From the NCBI GenBank assembly GCA_951406725.2, contig OX597829.1, positions 22,878,001 through 22,942,000 on the forward strand: a stretch of DNA of 64,000 nt, read 5' to 3'. This DNA comes from Octopus vulgaris. Lineage: Eukaryota. The notes under the pieces were generated by a model that ran no database searches, was not told the origin of the DNA, and saw only the letters and a list, made by a program, of their open reading frames with translations. A program made the translations under genes and the position numbers. Positions 40,985 to 53,723 of this stretch are shown here, one piece after another; the first letter of the stretch is position 1; every line of letters begins with the position of its first letter.

Positions 40985-42120
40985 TTCCTACACCACACAC
41001 CAGACACCACCAACACATACCACCCACCACCACCACACACCACCTACCACCACTACCACCACCACCACCACACACACACCCCGCACCACCCACCACAACT
41101 CATCTCCATCTCACGCACGCGCGCGAGCACACTCACACACGAATGCACACGTACTTCCACGCACACACACACAGACGACGCAGACGCATACAAACATATA
41201 CAGATATATACATATATACACGCATGTACATACACTTCCACACACGTGCGCAACAAATTGATACACAAAGATAGGTACACACATACACATATACACATTT
41301 CCACTCCATCCACATACACATGCCAACACACACATGCACACACATACATACATACGCTCACACACGCATGCACACACATATATACACACACGTACATACA
41401 TGCACACACACACACACACACACACGGACACACACATTCACGCACACAAATACGCACGCGAACACACAAACGCACATATACCTCCACACGCACAACATAC
41501 GCATACATGCACACATACATACACACATGTGCATACACACATAGCACACGTACACACGCACGTACACATGCACATACACGTACACATACATACACACCAG
41601 TACATACACGCGCACACACACACACATACAGTCACGCACACACAAACGCACGCACACACACATGAACGCACATATACCTCCACAGACACAACACACACAT
41701 ACATGCACACACATACATACACACATGCTCTCACACGTTCGCACACACACAAGAACGCACTTATACCTTCACATACAAAACCCTACGCGCATACACACAT
41801 ACACGCACACATACATCAAAGCATACACACAACACACACGTACACAAATAAATGCGCACACACACACACACACATACACTTCCACACTCACTTACATGCA
41901 CATACACATACTCATCCTCACATGCACACACGAATACACGCACACATATGTACAGAGAGAGAGAGACGCACAGAGAGAGAAAGTGGGACGCATACACGTA
42001 CCCATACATATGTCAAAACACACACACACACACACACACATATTCCCACTCCGTCTACTTACATTTGCCAACACGCACACACGCACACATATCCACACCT
42101 GCCCATTCACACACCCTTCC
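40985..42120. repeat. Cryptic CA-rich low-complexity tract
   Basis: Degenerate (CA)n; His/Thr ORFs are artefacts. Confidence 0.9.
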
Positions 42121-42411
42121 GACTTCTTCTCAAACACCTTTCTACTTTCCCGGCTACTACCGACACGTTCTATTTCTCCATCTACTTCCAGGCATTCCAA
42201 AATGTAACTACAAGTGGACTGTTGGCGACTTTTCTCTCCTTCCTATTTTTTTGAACGTTCCTGTTTCCAGCTTCCAAAGAAGAGCTTTGCTCAAAACGTA
42301 AAAAATAGTCTTGAGAACGATTTGTTTGATTAAAACCCTTCAAGGCGGCGCTCCAGCATGGCCGCAGTCAAATGACGGAAAAAATAAAATTAATAGTAAA
42401 AGAAAAAGTAT

Positions 42412-42442
<31 letters not shown>

Positions 42443-42714
42443 CCTATTATATACATTTTTATTATTTTTGTAATTTACTTAATCTTTACTTCTTATTGTT
42501 ATTTTAATTTTAACTTTTCTATTATATGTAGTTTTCTAGATGGTGTAATTTAATTATTCATTTTGAATTGATAAAAGGTGGTATTTTTCTAATATTTTTT
42601 ATATATATATCATATTGTGTGGAATTTGATATAGTATTCCTAAATTGAATTCTTTTTCCTTGTAAGTTTGGATTTTATTCCCTCAAATAATAATAATTAT
42701 ATATATGTTGATTC

Positions 42715-42904
42715 GCTAGCCTCTGCACGCATTTTTTTCTCTCCTTCTTTCTGTGTTTCTTTTCTGTGTATCTTTCTGTCGAAGAGCGTAGGCTCGAAAC
42801 GTAAAAGACTTGTTTTATTTATATTCCTGAGCGTCATACTAATACAATTGTTTGTTTGTATTCCACCTGCCTTCGTCTTTTGTCTATTTTCATAAAGCTT
42901 CCCG

Positions 42905-42907
<3 letters not shown>
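42715..42907 (+). mobile_element. Family E Penelope-LTR-like repeat
   Basis: Homologous to the 7.7, 30.9 and 39.1 kb copies; ends in (TA)n. Confidence 0.65.
42771..42808 (+). ncRNA. Minimal hammerhead-like motif (CUGU core variant)
   Basis: UCUUU CUGUCGAA GAGC-guag-GCUC GAAA CG UA AAAGA; 5-bp helix I, 4-bp helix II. Confidence 0.55.
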
Positions 42908-42972
<65 letters not shown>

Positions 42973-43643
42973 CAAAGCTTCCCGTTATATATATATATAT
43001 ATATATATATATACAACAAACTTCTACACAGTTTTCGTCCATCAATATCAATCCCACGGTATTTGTTGGACACGAGTTACAATACTAGAAGATACTCGCC
43101 CAAGTTGCGGCGTAGTGGGTCTGAACCTCGAAATGATGCGGTTGCAAAGCAAGCTTCTTTATGTCAAAGCAGCCATTCCCGTAACATCTATCTTCGTATC
43201 GTCATTGATAAGTCACGGTTTCATTTTTATGAGAATGTCAGAATTCAACCACACACCTTAATAAATACCAATATTCACGTAATTGCCGTATGCAATAATT
43301 TCACGTTACAACATTCTTGTATAGCTTGAGTATTGTTGTGGAATTTGGTAAGTATTCTTTCGTGATCTTTCCAAGATGATAAGAGTATTACATCGCTTTA
43401 ATTGACGACATCTGGCGCCACTTGTGATTATTAAAAGAAAAAAAAAAATAAATAAATAAATAAAATAGACTTTGGATATCACTTAAGAATTTTATACTCC
43501 CTGTATATTTTATTTTGCAGCACCAGCGTCTTTCCTTGCCGGTCTGGCACTTCTCTCATGCCGAAACTTTCTTTAATTTCCAGAAAAAATAGATTTAAGG
43601 ATTTTAAACTTAAGTTTCTCTCTGGAAGTTTCAAAGGATTTCG

Positions 43644-43701
<58 letters not shown>

Positions 43702-43823
43702 ACACGCACGCACACATGTATATATGTGTATATTTATATATATATATATATGTGTATGTGTGTGTGTACAGATATAGACATGCACACACCACACATGTAT
43801 ACATGTATATATATATAATGTAC

Positions 43824-43879
<56 letters not shown>

Positions 43880-44029
43880 CTTTTACTTTTTTACCTTTTT
43901 ACTCCTTTCGGCACACGCGGCCGCGATCATGCTGGAGCACCACCGTGCTTTTGCTGATTTCCTCGGTCTAGGGTTTTTCACATCACCACTCCTGTATGTA
44001 CCTTTTGTGGAGTGGTACAATACAATGGC

Positions 44030-44420
44030 GTCCACTTCTGGTGTTTGTATAAAACACTCAATGCCAAAATTAGGTTCTAACTCTTCTACAGTTTTCCATA
44101 TGTAGGTTATTAAATATATGTCCCGCCTTCGCTCAAGGGAGCAAAGTTGCAGTTTTTTCAGCCTCTCCTTGTGGATCATCTGCTGCACTGTTTCTTCAAT
44201 CTTTATAGTGTAGTACCGTTGGACTGCTTCAAGCTCCGCTGTTATAATTTTTGTGATACATGTATGCAACTAATTGTCGCTAAGACAGTCTAAACCCTCA
44301 TATTCCATCCGGTTCCCTTCAAACTTTAATAGTGACGACACATTGAATAAACTCTATGGATACGTTTTTAACCAGGATAAAATCTGGCTGCAGAGGAACG
44401 GACGGGATGCAAATGAAAGC
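44030..44420 (-). mobile_element. CR1/L2-group LINE C-terminal fragment
   Basis: ELEAVQRYYT...KERLKKLQLCSLERRR..YLITYIWK. Confidence 0.7.
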
Positions 44421-44544
44421 CACACAGCATGATATCCATGCAGAAAAAAACATATGTCGGACAGAGGTTCAAAGAGAATACATTATAGAAATGACTGTAA
44501 TAATAAAAACCGAGTAGATGTATTATTCGCCATATTTGTTATAG

Positions 44545-44950
44545 TTACTCTTTTACTCTTTTACTTGTTTCAGTCATTTGACTGCGGCCATGCTGGAGCA
44601 CCGCCTTTAGTCGAGCAACTCGACCCCGGGACTTATTCTTTGTATGCCCAGTACTTATTCTATCGGTCTCTTTTGCCAAACCGCTAAGTGACGGGGACAT
44701 AAACACACCAGCATCGGTTGTCAAGCAATGCTAGGGGGACAAACACAGACACACAAACATACACGCACACATATATATATATACATATATACGACGGGCT
44801 TCTTTCAGTTTCCGTCTACCAAATCCACTCACAGGGCTTTGGTCGGCCCGAAGTTATAGTAGAAGACACTTGCCCAAGGTGCCACGCAGTGGGACTGAAC
44901 CCGGAACCATGTGGTTGGTAAGCCAGCTACTTACCACACAGCCACTCCTT
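44545..44950 (-). mobile_element. SINE family A, near consensus
   Basis: Full-length reverse-complement copy. Confidence 0.9.
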
Positions 44951-45336
44951 TAAATTAGAAAAAAACCCCACCTTTTATCAATTCAAAAATGAAAAATTAA
45001 ATTATACCGTTTAGAAAAATTACATATTATAGAAAGATAAATATAAGATAAAACATATAACAATGATTAAGTAATGTGCAAAATAGTAAGTAAAACGTAT
45101 ATATTTGGTATATATATGCTTTATTTACTTTTTTGCACATTACTTTATCAATGTTATATGTTTTATCTTATATTTAATTCTGTTGTGTCTGGGGAGAGTC
45201 ATTCTCTTTTAGTACCTTATAATGTAACACACTCACCGGTAAAATGTCCAATTATTTCTTATTTTCATTTTCCTAAAATTTTCGTTGTGTCTTGCAACCT
45301 TTTCAATAGTCTTGACTCTGTCCGTTATGTGTGGGT

Positions 45337-45370
<34 letters not shown>

Positions 45371-46495
45371 CTATACATGCATGTACGTATGTATGTATGT
45401 GTGTGTTTGCATGTGTATGTATGTATGTATATATGTGTGTGTATGCATATGTATATATGTATGTATGTGTGTGTGTGCATCTGTATGTACGTATCCTGCA
45501 TATTTATGTGCTTGCCTGTCCGTGTTTGTGTATTTTCTATGTATGCGTGTGTGAGCATGTGTTTGTATATGTATGCACCTCTGTCTCCTTGTGTGTGCAT
45601 GTATGTGTGTGTGTGTGTGTGTGTTATGTAAAGAATAAGTCCTGGTTTCGATTTTCTCGACTAAATGCGGTGCTCCAGCATGGCCACAGTCAAATGACTG
45701 AAACAAGTAAAAGAGTAAAAGAGTATACTACTGTAGATCGCTTCTTTACCATTTTGCTTGTGTGAACCCTACAAAATTTAATATGGACCCTAGTTGAGAA
45801 GAATTGGTTTAGATAATCAGAAGAATTACTTGGAAGAACTAACAACGAAATTAGTGATTACTGGTTATTGTGGAATGTATGCTTACCTCTGCTGCCAAGA
45901 ACAGCCATTTATTGTCTGTCAATATGATTTCTAAAATTCTTCATTACGTACAGTTTATTGTTGTTATTGTTGTTCATTTTCCTTTTGTTGTTGTATAACC
46001 ACCTATCAACCTGGAACGAGCAGTCTTATGGCCAAATAAATTCCAGCCAAGACCATGTCGTCTGCTTACCTATGTTCAGGGATTTCAGGGCCACGTTCAC
46101 CCTTTCCATCACACTATAACGACACGGTGTGATTTTGGGGAAACTTGGCTGCTATGTCGCGTAAATCGAATGACCTACTTAAAAGCTTCTTCTTGGGCTT
46201 AATCATCATATACGAAATTCTCATTAGCTGACTTTCAAGACCTTGTTAAATTTCTTCCAAACACTTCAAATTTTTCAGATTTTCACCAGATTACGTTAAA
46301 AAAAAAATGTAGTTCTGACATAGTTTAAATGGTGATGACAAAAATCGCATTCATTTTTTTCTCTCCACTAGAAATAAATAAATTAAGTAGTTACAAACAC
46401 TTTATGAGTCAGTAGGGCTTATTACTTTTTATATCGTAAATCGTAGTTGCGCTCCATTTATACTACCTTTTTACACAGAGTGATATACAAGACCA

Positions 46496-46718
46496 GGTCA
46501 TTACATATTTTTCCTTTATTGGCTTGCAGCTGTTTCCAGTAGTCGTTATAGTTACGTGACAAATAGGTTTAGTCAATTGGTCTATTGATCAGCTGAGAAA
46601 AGTTGAACGACCTTAAGAATTAATACTACTTTCGTCAGTGCCACTTTTCGCTCTAATGACTGCTGGAAACAGCTGTAAGCCAAATTTACTCCAACAAAGG
46701 AAAATATGCAATGACCTT
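46496..46718. repeat. Short fold-back with degenerate minimal hammerhead at 46650-46680
   Basis: 46496-46552 inverted at 46650-46718; GCU CUAAUGA CUGCUG GAAA CAGCUG UA AGC. Confidence 0.55.
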
Positions 46719-46788
46719 TATTTATACCTGTATGTATGTATGTATGTATGTATGTATGTATGTATGTATGTATGTATGTATGTATGTA

Positions 46789-46861
<73 letters not shown>

Positions 46862-46947
46862 CATTTTTTTTTCAATATGTAACCGCGTGTTTATCGTTGG
46901 CGATTTTCTTTCTCCGTCTTCCCTTCTTTGGACTTTTTTTTTTCTAT

Positions 46948-46982
46948 ATTTCTGACGAAGAGCTCCGCTCGAAACGTGAAAT
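46948..46982 (+). ncRNA. Minimal hammerhead motif (canonical CUGA core, GUG triplet)
   Basis: AUUU CUGACGAA GAGC-ucc-GCUC GAAA CG UG AAAU. Confidence 0.55.
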
Positions 46983-47223
46983 CCTTCTTTCTTTCTTTTC
47001 CTGAGGGTCCAATAGCACCATACTTATTCCACGTCCTCGCGTTGTTGTGTTTTCTCTTTGTTCATGTTTTGATTAACTATACATACATACATACATACAT
47101 ACATACATACATACATACATACATACATACATACATACATACATGCATGCATACATGCATAAATACATACATACATACATATATACATACATACATACAT
47201 ACATACATACATACATACATACA

Positions 47224-47257
<34 letters not shown>

Positions 47258-47339
47258 CATACATACATCCATACATAGATACATACATACATACATACAT
47301 ACATACATACATACATACATACATACATACATACATACA

Positions 47340-47374
<35 letters not shown>

Positions 47375-47501
47375 CAGCAACAATTTAGATTCAAATGAAT
47401 ATGGTACTTAATTTAGATGCACCAGAATTTTGTATGGTGTTACCCATAAAAATTTGCGGGTTGATTATAATCAAAAATAAGCAACAAGAATGACTCCGGT
47501 G

Positions 47502-47590
47502 ATTTGGTACAAATGTTTCGCACTACAACATTTTATTAAAAGCTGTAAGTATTACAGCAGATTTAAGATGCTGAGTGCTCTTCAGACAAT
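47502..47590 (-). ncRNA. Type I hammerhead ribozyme motif (left arm)
   Basis: UUGU CUGAAGA GCACU...AGUGC GAAA CAUUUG UA CCAA; one mismatch in helix I. Confidence 0.7.
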
Positions 47591-48000
47591 TTTATAGGTT
47601 TTCCAATAATATGAAAGATTTCAAATCAAGTAGTAACATTTTAGAGAAGGTAGATATACAGATAAAGATGTAGATTTGAATTTTAAGAACATATGAGGTT
47701 GTGAAGTTCAGTTGCTAACTGACCAAAACTCTAGTTGTATCTGACTGCTATAAGAATTTTTTTTTTTTAGTTTTAGGAATGGGCGTAGGGGAGGTTTCAG
47801 AATACCATAAAAAGAATTCAAGTTTGTTGTAGAAATGAGGTTAAGGAAGGTTTCAGAAAACCATAAAGGAATTCAAGTTGCTACAAACAAAAATCTAATT
47901 AATCCTATGCTGTGAGAAGGAAATAGGTCAGTATCAAAAGGTCATTAATTTCTTTTACCGAGAGTAGGGAAATCTTTTATATTATTGGAAAACTTGCAAA

Positions 48001-48089
48001 ATTGGCTGAAGAGCACTCAGCATCTTAAATCTGCTGTAATACTTACAGCTTTTAATAAAATGTTGCAGTGCGAAACATTTGTACTAAAT
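48001..48089 (+). ncRNA. Type I hammerhead ribozyme motif (right arm)
   Basis: UUGG CUGAAGA GCACU-CAGCAU...AUGUUG-C-AGUGC GAAA CAUUUG UA CUAA; full canonical core, GUA triplet at 48081-48083. Confidence 0.78.
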
Positions 48090-48216
48090 CACCGGAGTCA
48101 TTATTGTTGCTTATTTTTTATTATAATCACACCGCAAATTGTTATGGGTAACACCATACAAAATTCTGGTGCATCTAAATTAAGTACCATATTCATTTGA
48201 ATCTAAATTGTTGCTG

Positions 48217-48249
<33 letters not shown>

Positions 48250-48373
48250 TGTATGTATGTATGTATGTATGTATGTATGTATGTATGTATGTATGTATGT
48301 ATGTGGCTGTGTAGTAAGAAGTTTGTATGGTTCCGGGTTGAAACCATTATTATTATTATTATCGTTATTGTTA

Positions 48374-48420
<47 letters not shown>

Positions 48421-48976
48421 GAGTGAGAGAGCAGTTCATGCCATCAAAATGACACTGGGGTAAAATATACGAAGCCCAATATATCCATCATGACTACCCG
48501 TCTGATAAGGGTACACCAGGCACATGCATCACAACCATATGTGCGCGACATGGTGATCTCATATCAAGATAAACAGCACATGACCTTGCAGGTGGGGCCC
48601 AGTTAGAATTTTCTTCAGGTTGAGTAGCCCATCCCGCTCAAAAGGTCCCTGAATAAGGATTGTATAAGGATGTTGAAAGAACCACCCATGTTTCCAGAGG
48701 TGAATTATTCAAACCCCAAAGAATCCCTCTCAACACATGGCTATGATGCTCCCCCACAACTTCTGCTCGTGATCAGAGATGCACATATCATCAGCCACTA
48801 AGGGACATGCTCAACTGGTTAAGGTCAAACAACTGACAAGCAAATCTGTGGTATTGAGCAGAATATTTGCTGCAGCCCATCTTTTATACCAAGACAAAAC
48901 AATGTACATGATAACACTTCCAATCAGTTAAGATCAGAAGCCATGAGAGCCACTGCCTGGTACTGCATCAGGGCAT
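48421..48976 (+). mobile_element. Element D, non-coding interspersed repeat embedded in (TTA)n
   Basis: Full inverse copy at 61140-61681 and partial copy at 13305-14322; strand is arbitrary. Confidence 0.8.
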
Positions 48977-49098
48977 TATTATTATTATCATTATTATCAT
49001 TATTATTATTAGCATTATTATTATTATCAACATCATCATCATCATCATCATCATCATTATTATTATTATTATCATTATTATTATTAGCATTATCATCA

Positions 49099-49159
<61 letters not shown>

Positions 49160-49227
49160 CATCATCATCATTATTATCATTATTATTATTAGCATTATCA
49201 TCATCATTATTATTATTATTATTATTA

Positions 49228-49264
<37 letters not shown>

Positions 49265-49371
49265 CATTATTATCATTATTATTATTAGCATTATTATTAT
49301 TATCAACATCATCATCATCATCATCATCATTATTATTATTATTATCATTATTATTATTAGCATTATCATCA

Positions 49372-49423
<52 letters not shown>

Positions 49424-49467
49424 CATCATCATCATTATTATCATTATTATTATTAGCATTATCATCA

Positions 49468-49502
<35 letters not shown>

Positions 49503-49552
49503 TTTTTTTTATTATTATTATTATTATTATCATTATTATCATTATTATTATT

Positions 49553-49602
<50 letters not shown>

Positions 49603-49692
49603 CATCATCTTCATTATTAATATTATTATTATTATTATCATTATTATCAATATTATTATTATCATCATCATCATCATCATCATTATTATTAC

Positions 49693-49725
<33 letters not shown>

Positions 49726-49751
49726 CATTATTATTTTTATTATCATCATCA

Positions 49752-49796
<45 letters not shown>

Positions 49797-49831
49797 TTAT
49801 TATCATCATTATCATCATTATTATCATTATT

Positions 49832-49862
<31 letters not shown>

Positions 49863-49906
49863 TTATTATTATCATCATCATCATTATTATTAGTATTATT
49901 ATTATC

Positions 49907-49938
<32 letters not shown>

Positions 49939-50025
49939 TATTAATATTATTATTATTATTATCATCATCATCATCATCATCATTATTATCATTATTATTA
50001 TTAATATTATCAATTTTATTATCAT
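48977..50025. repeat. 1.05-kb (ATT/ATC)n microsatellite with higher-order duplication
   Basis: Seen directly. Confidence 0.95.
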
Positions 50026-50230
50026 TTGACCTTGAACCTAAACAAGAAACAATTATTGTTCTTTCTATTGGATTTTCGTGTCACGAAGGACGGAAGTCAA
50101 GCAAAGTTGGTAATTGGTTTTTAAGACGGATGAATAAAAAAAAAATTCGATTCATCGTAAGTGGGAAGAGATGAAATTAAGAGGATCAATTTATATGAAT
50201 TAATATGTTCTAGTTAATTCTGTGATGCCT

Positions 50231-50310
<80 letters not shown>

Positions 50311-50322
50311 TGTGTGAGTGTG

Positions 50323-50396
<74 letters not shown>

Positions 50397-50446
50397 TGTG
50401 TGTGTATGTGTGTGTGTATGTGTGTGTTTGTGTATGTGTGTATGTG

Positions 50447-50509
<63 letters not shown>

Positions 50510-51379
50510 GAGCCAGGTATTTAACCAAACTGACCTCGTCGCACTTCTGGTAATTAGAGAGCAAAAAAAAAAAATATATATTGTTGGTCGGGTTTGTAAG
50601 GGCGACAGACTGGACACAATAAATGACAAACGCGATAAGCTTGCTGGCTTAGTGGCATTCTCATTTTTGATTTCTGTCACGGTTGACTTAACCGGCTTAT
50701 GAATAGTAATAGTAAAATCACTGTTCGTGTCCATCTGTCGTGGAATCCATTGTTTTGCGTTTTTAGTTCTCTGGGTGATCTGTGACGGTTGACTGAACAG
50801 CGAGATTTTTCTCCACCCACTCAGCGTCGCATCAAAGGAAATCAGCGAACATATGTCTCTGTAAATGGACTAAAAAAAAAGCAGGGTCTAATGGGCAGCT
50901 TACAACAATAACAACAACAACAAGAACAGGAAGAACAATAAAATAAAATAAAAAAACCGAAAATGTCAACTCATGTGTGATGAGGTCAATGTGATTCACA
51001 AACAGTACGATGGTAAGAGCCCCCTCCCCCCCCCCAAAAAGAAAACAGAAAAGCAAAGAATTGGCAAATATTTGACACTATCAGACTGACATACGTGTAG
51101 TTATGGAGTGTTTCTGTGTGTGTGTGTGCGGGTGTATGAGTGTGTGTGTGTGTGTGTGTGTTAAACAGTATGTGTGTGTCTGTATGAGCGTATGAGTGTA
51201 TGCGTGTGTGTGAGCATGAGCGAGTGATTGTGTGTGCCTGTGTGTATAAGCGCGTGACTGGGTGTGTGCGTGTGTATGAGGGCGTGACTGTGTATATGCT
51301 TATGTATGTATATGTGTGTGTTAGTGTATATATATATATATATGTTCGTAAAATGTGAGCGTGTGCGTGCGCATGTAGA

Positions 51380-51790
51380 CATGGTTGTGAGGTTAAGAAG
51401 ACCGCTTTGCAAACATGTGGATTCAGGATCGATCCAATTGTGCAGCACCTTGAGCAAGTGTCATCTGCTATGGCCTCAGACCAACCAAAGCTTTGTGAGA
51501 GGATTTGGTAAACGGAAACTGAAAGAAGCCCGTCGTGTATGAATCTATGAATGTGTATATGTGTGTGTCTTTTGCTTGTTTTTTGCACCACCACCTCCGT
51601 TACTTGGCAACCGGTGTTGCTTTGTTAATGTTCCCGTAACGTAGCGGTTCGGTGAAACACACCAATAGATTAAGTAGCAGACTTTAAAAAGTTAAGTCCT
51701 GAGGCCGATTTGTTCGTCTAAACACTTCAAGGTGGTGCTGCAGCATGGCCGCAGTCCAATGACTGAAACAAGTAGAAGATATGAGAATTC
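51380..51790 (+). mobile_element. SINE family A, diverged
   Basis: Family A homology. Confidence 0.75.
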
Positions 51791-51854
51791 TATATTTTGA
51801 CCTGACCATATATTTTAGTGATTGTGGTTGCTGCTGTTGCTGTTGCTGCTGCTG

Positions 51855-52191
51855 TTGAGCGAAGAATTCCGAAACGTGGTCCTTCGCTATTCGTAAGACC
51901 CGCAGAAGAGAAAGCAGGTCAATCCCCGACACCAAGAGCATCGACGGATGGATGAATGCGCATCCAGGCTCAGCGGTTGCGTAGGAAGTCGGGGACAAGA
52001 AACAGGAAGAAAGAGTGAGAGAAAGTTGTAGCGAAAGTGTACAACAGGGGTCGCCACCACTCCCTGCCGGAGCCTCGTGCAGCTTTAGGTGTTTTCGCTC
52101 AATAAACACACACAACGCCCGGTCTGGGAATCGAAACCGCGGTCCTCCTACCGCGAGTCCGCTGCCCTAACCATTGGGCCATTGCGCCTCC
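51855..52191 (-). mobile_element. SINE family C, tail type 2
   Basis: Head 52000-52191 shared; unrelated tail ends in (CAG/CAA)n. Confidence 0.8.
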
Positions 52192-52684
52192 ACTGTTACC
52201 GCTGCTGTTGTTGTTGTTGTTGGTAGTGGTGGTGGTCTTTTTGTTGGTCTTATTGCAGTTGTTAGTGTTGTTGGAGGTGGCGATGGTAGTGGTCATCATC
52301 ATCATCATTGTTCGACCGTGGTCGAACAATGGTAGTGGTGGTGGTGGTGGTGGTAGTGGTAGTGCGTGGTTATTGTTGCTGTTGGTTTTATTGTTATTGT
52401 TGTTGTTTATTAGCCGTTATTTTTGTTTAGCTGAGAACGAGAAAAAAAAGAACAGACAAAAACAAAACAAAAGAAAAAACAATGGTCGAAGACATTCCAA
52501 TCGGCATCACCGAGCATTGTTGTCCATGAATTATGCCAGTGTCTGACCTCACCTTGACCCCACCTCGAAAATAAAAAAAAGCAATCGCTCCAACAGGTGC
52601 CAGTTGAAAAATACATTTCATTCAGAATATCCCACCTGAAGAATCGTCAACATGCCAAAGTCTAGGACAGGGGATTTTTTTCTT

Positions 52685-53105
52685 TTTCTTGTTTCAGTAA
52701 TTTGACTGCGATCATGCTGGAGCACCGCCTTAAAAGGCTTTAGTCAAACAAATAGACCCCCAAGACTCACTTTTGTTTTTTTAAAACCTAGTACTCAGTC
52801 TATTGGTCACGTTTGCCGAACTAAGTTACGGGGACGTAAACACACCAACACCTGACATCAAGCGGCGATGGGGGACGAACAGAAACACTATTACACACAC
52901 ATACACACACTTATATCATTCATACGCACATACACAAACACACACATATACACACAAATACACGCACGTACGACGCGCTTCTTTCAGTTTCCGTCTACCA
53001 AATCCACTCACAAAGGCCTCGGCCAGACCGAGGCTGTAGTAACGTTACACGCCGTGGTACTGAACCCGGAACCATACAAACTTCTTACCACACAGCCACG
53101 ACTGC
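52685..53105 (-). mobile_element. SINE family A, diverged
   Basis: Family A homology. Confidence 0.75.
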
Positions 53106-53352
53106 GTATTCCGTATGTTTTTACTTAACATCGATATACTACAAGAAAGCCATAATACTGCAATACTCGTCCTGAGAAAGTTTCTAATATTGAAGCCTAG
53201 CTAAAAGAGAAACAGAATATTACTACTATCAGCAGATGTAAGAATCCAGCAGTGGTGATTGAAGTGATAATCATGGTTTTTCTGTCTTTGTGCGTCTTCA
53301 GTAGTAAGCATTCATTATCAACTGAATGCCTGGATAAAGTTAGCTCTTAAAT

Positions 53353-53723
53353 GGAAGCACTCCGTCGGTTACGACGACGAGGGTTCCGGTTGATCCGAAA
53401 CAACGGAACAGCCTGCTCGTGAAATTAACGTGTAAGTGGCTGAGCACTCCACAGACACGTGTACCCTTAACGTAGTTCTCGGGGAGATTCAGCGTGACAC
53501 AGAGAGTGACAAGGCCGGCCCTTTGAAATACAGGTACAACAGAAACAGGAAGAAAGAGTGAGAGAAAGTTGTGGTGAAAGAGTACAGCAGGGATCACCAC
53601 CATCTCCTGCCGGATCCTCGTGGAGCTTTAGGTGTTTTCGCTCAATAAACACTCACAACGCCCGTTCTGGGAATCGAAACCGCGAGTCCGCTGCCCTAAC
53701 CACTGGGCCATTGCGCCTCCACA
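53353..53723 (-). mobile_element. SINE family C, tail type 3, with 11-bp TSD
   Basis: AGCTCTTAAAT at 53342-53352 and 53724-53734. Confidence 0.9.

Larger units (their letters stand above)
47371..48220. mobile_element. 850-bp fold-back element with ~240-bp inverted arms, each carrying a hammerhead
   Basis: 47371-47611 inverted at 47980-48220; flanked by (TACA)n and (TGTA)n. Confidence 0.85.
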
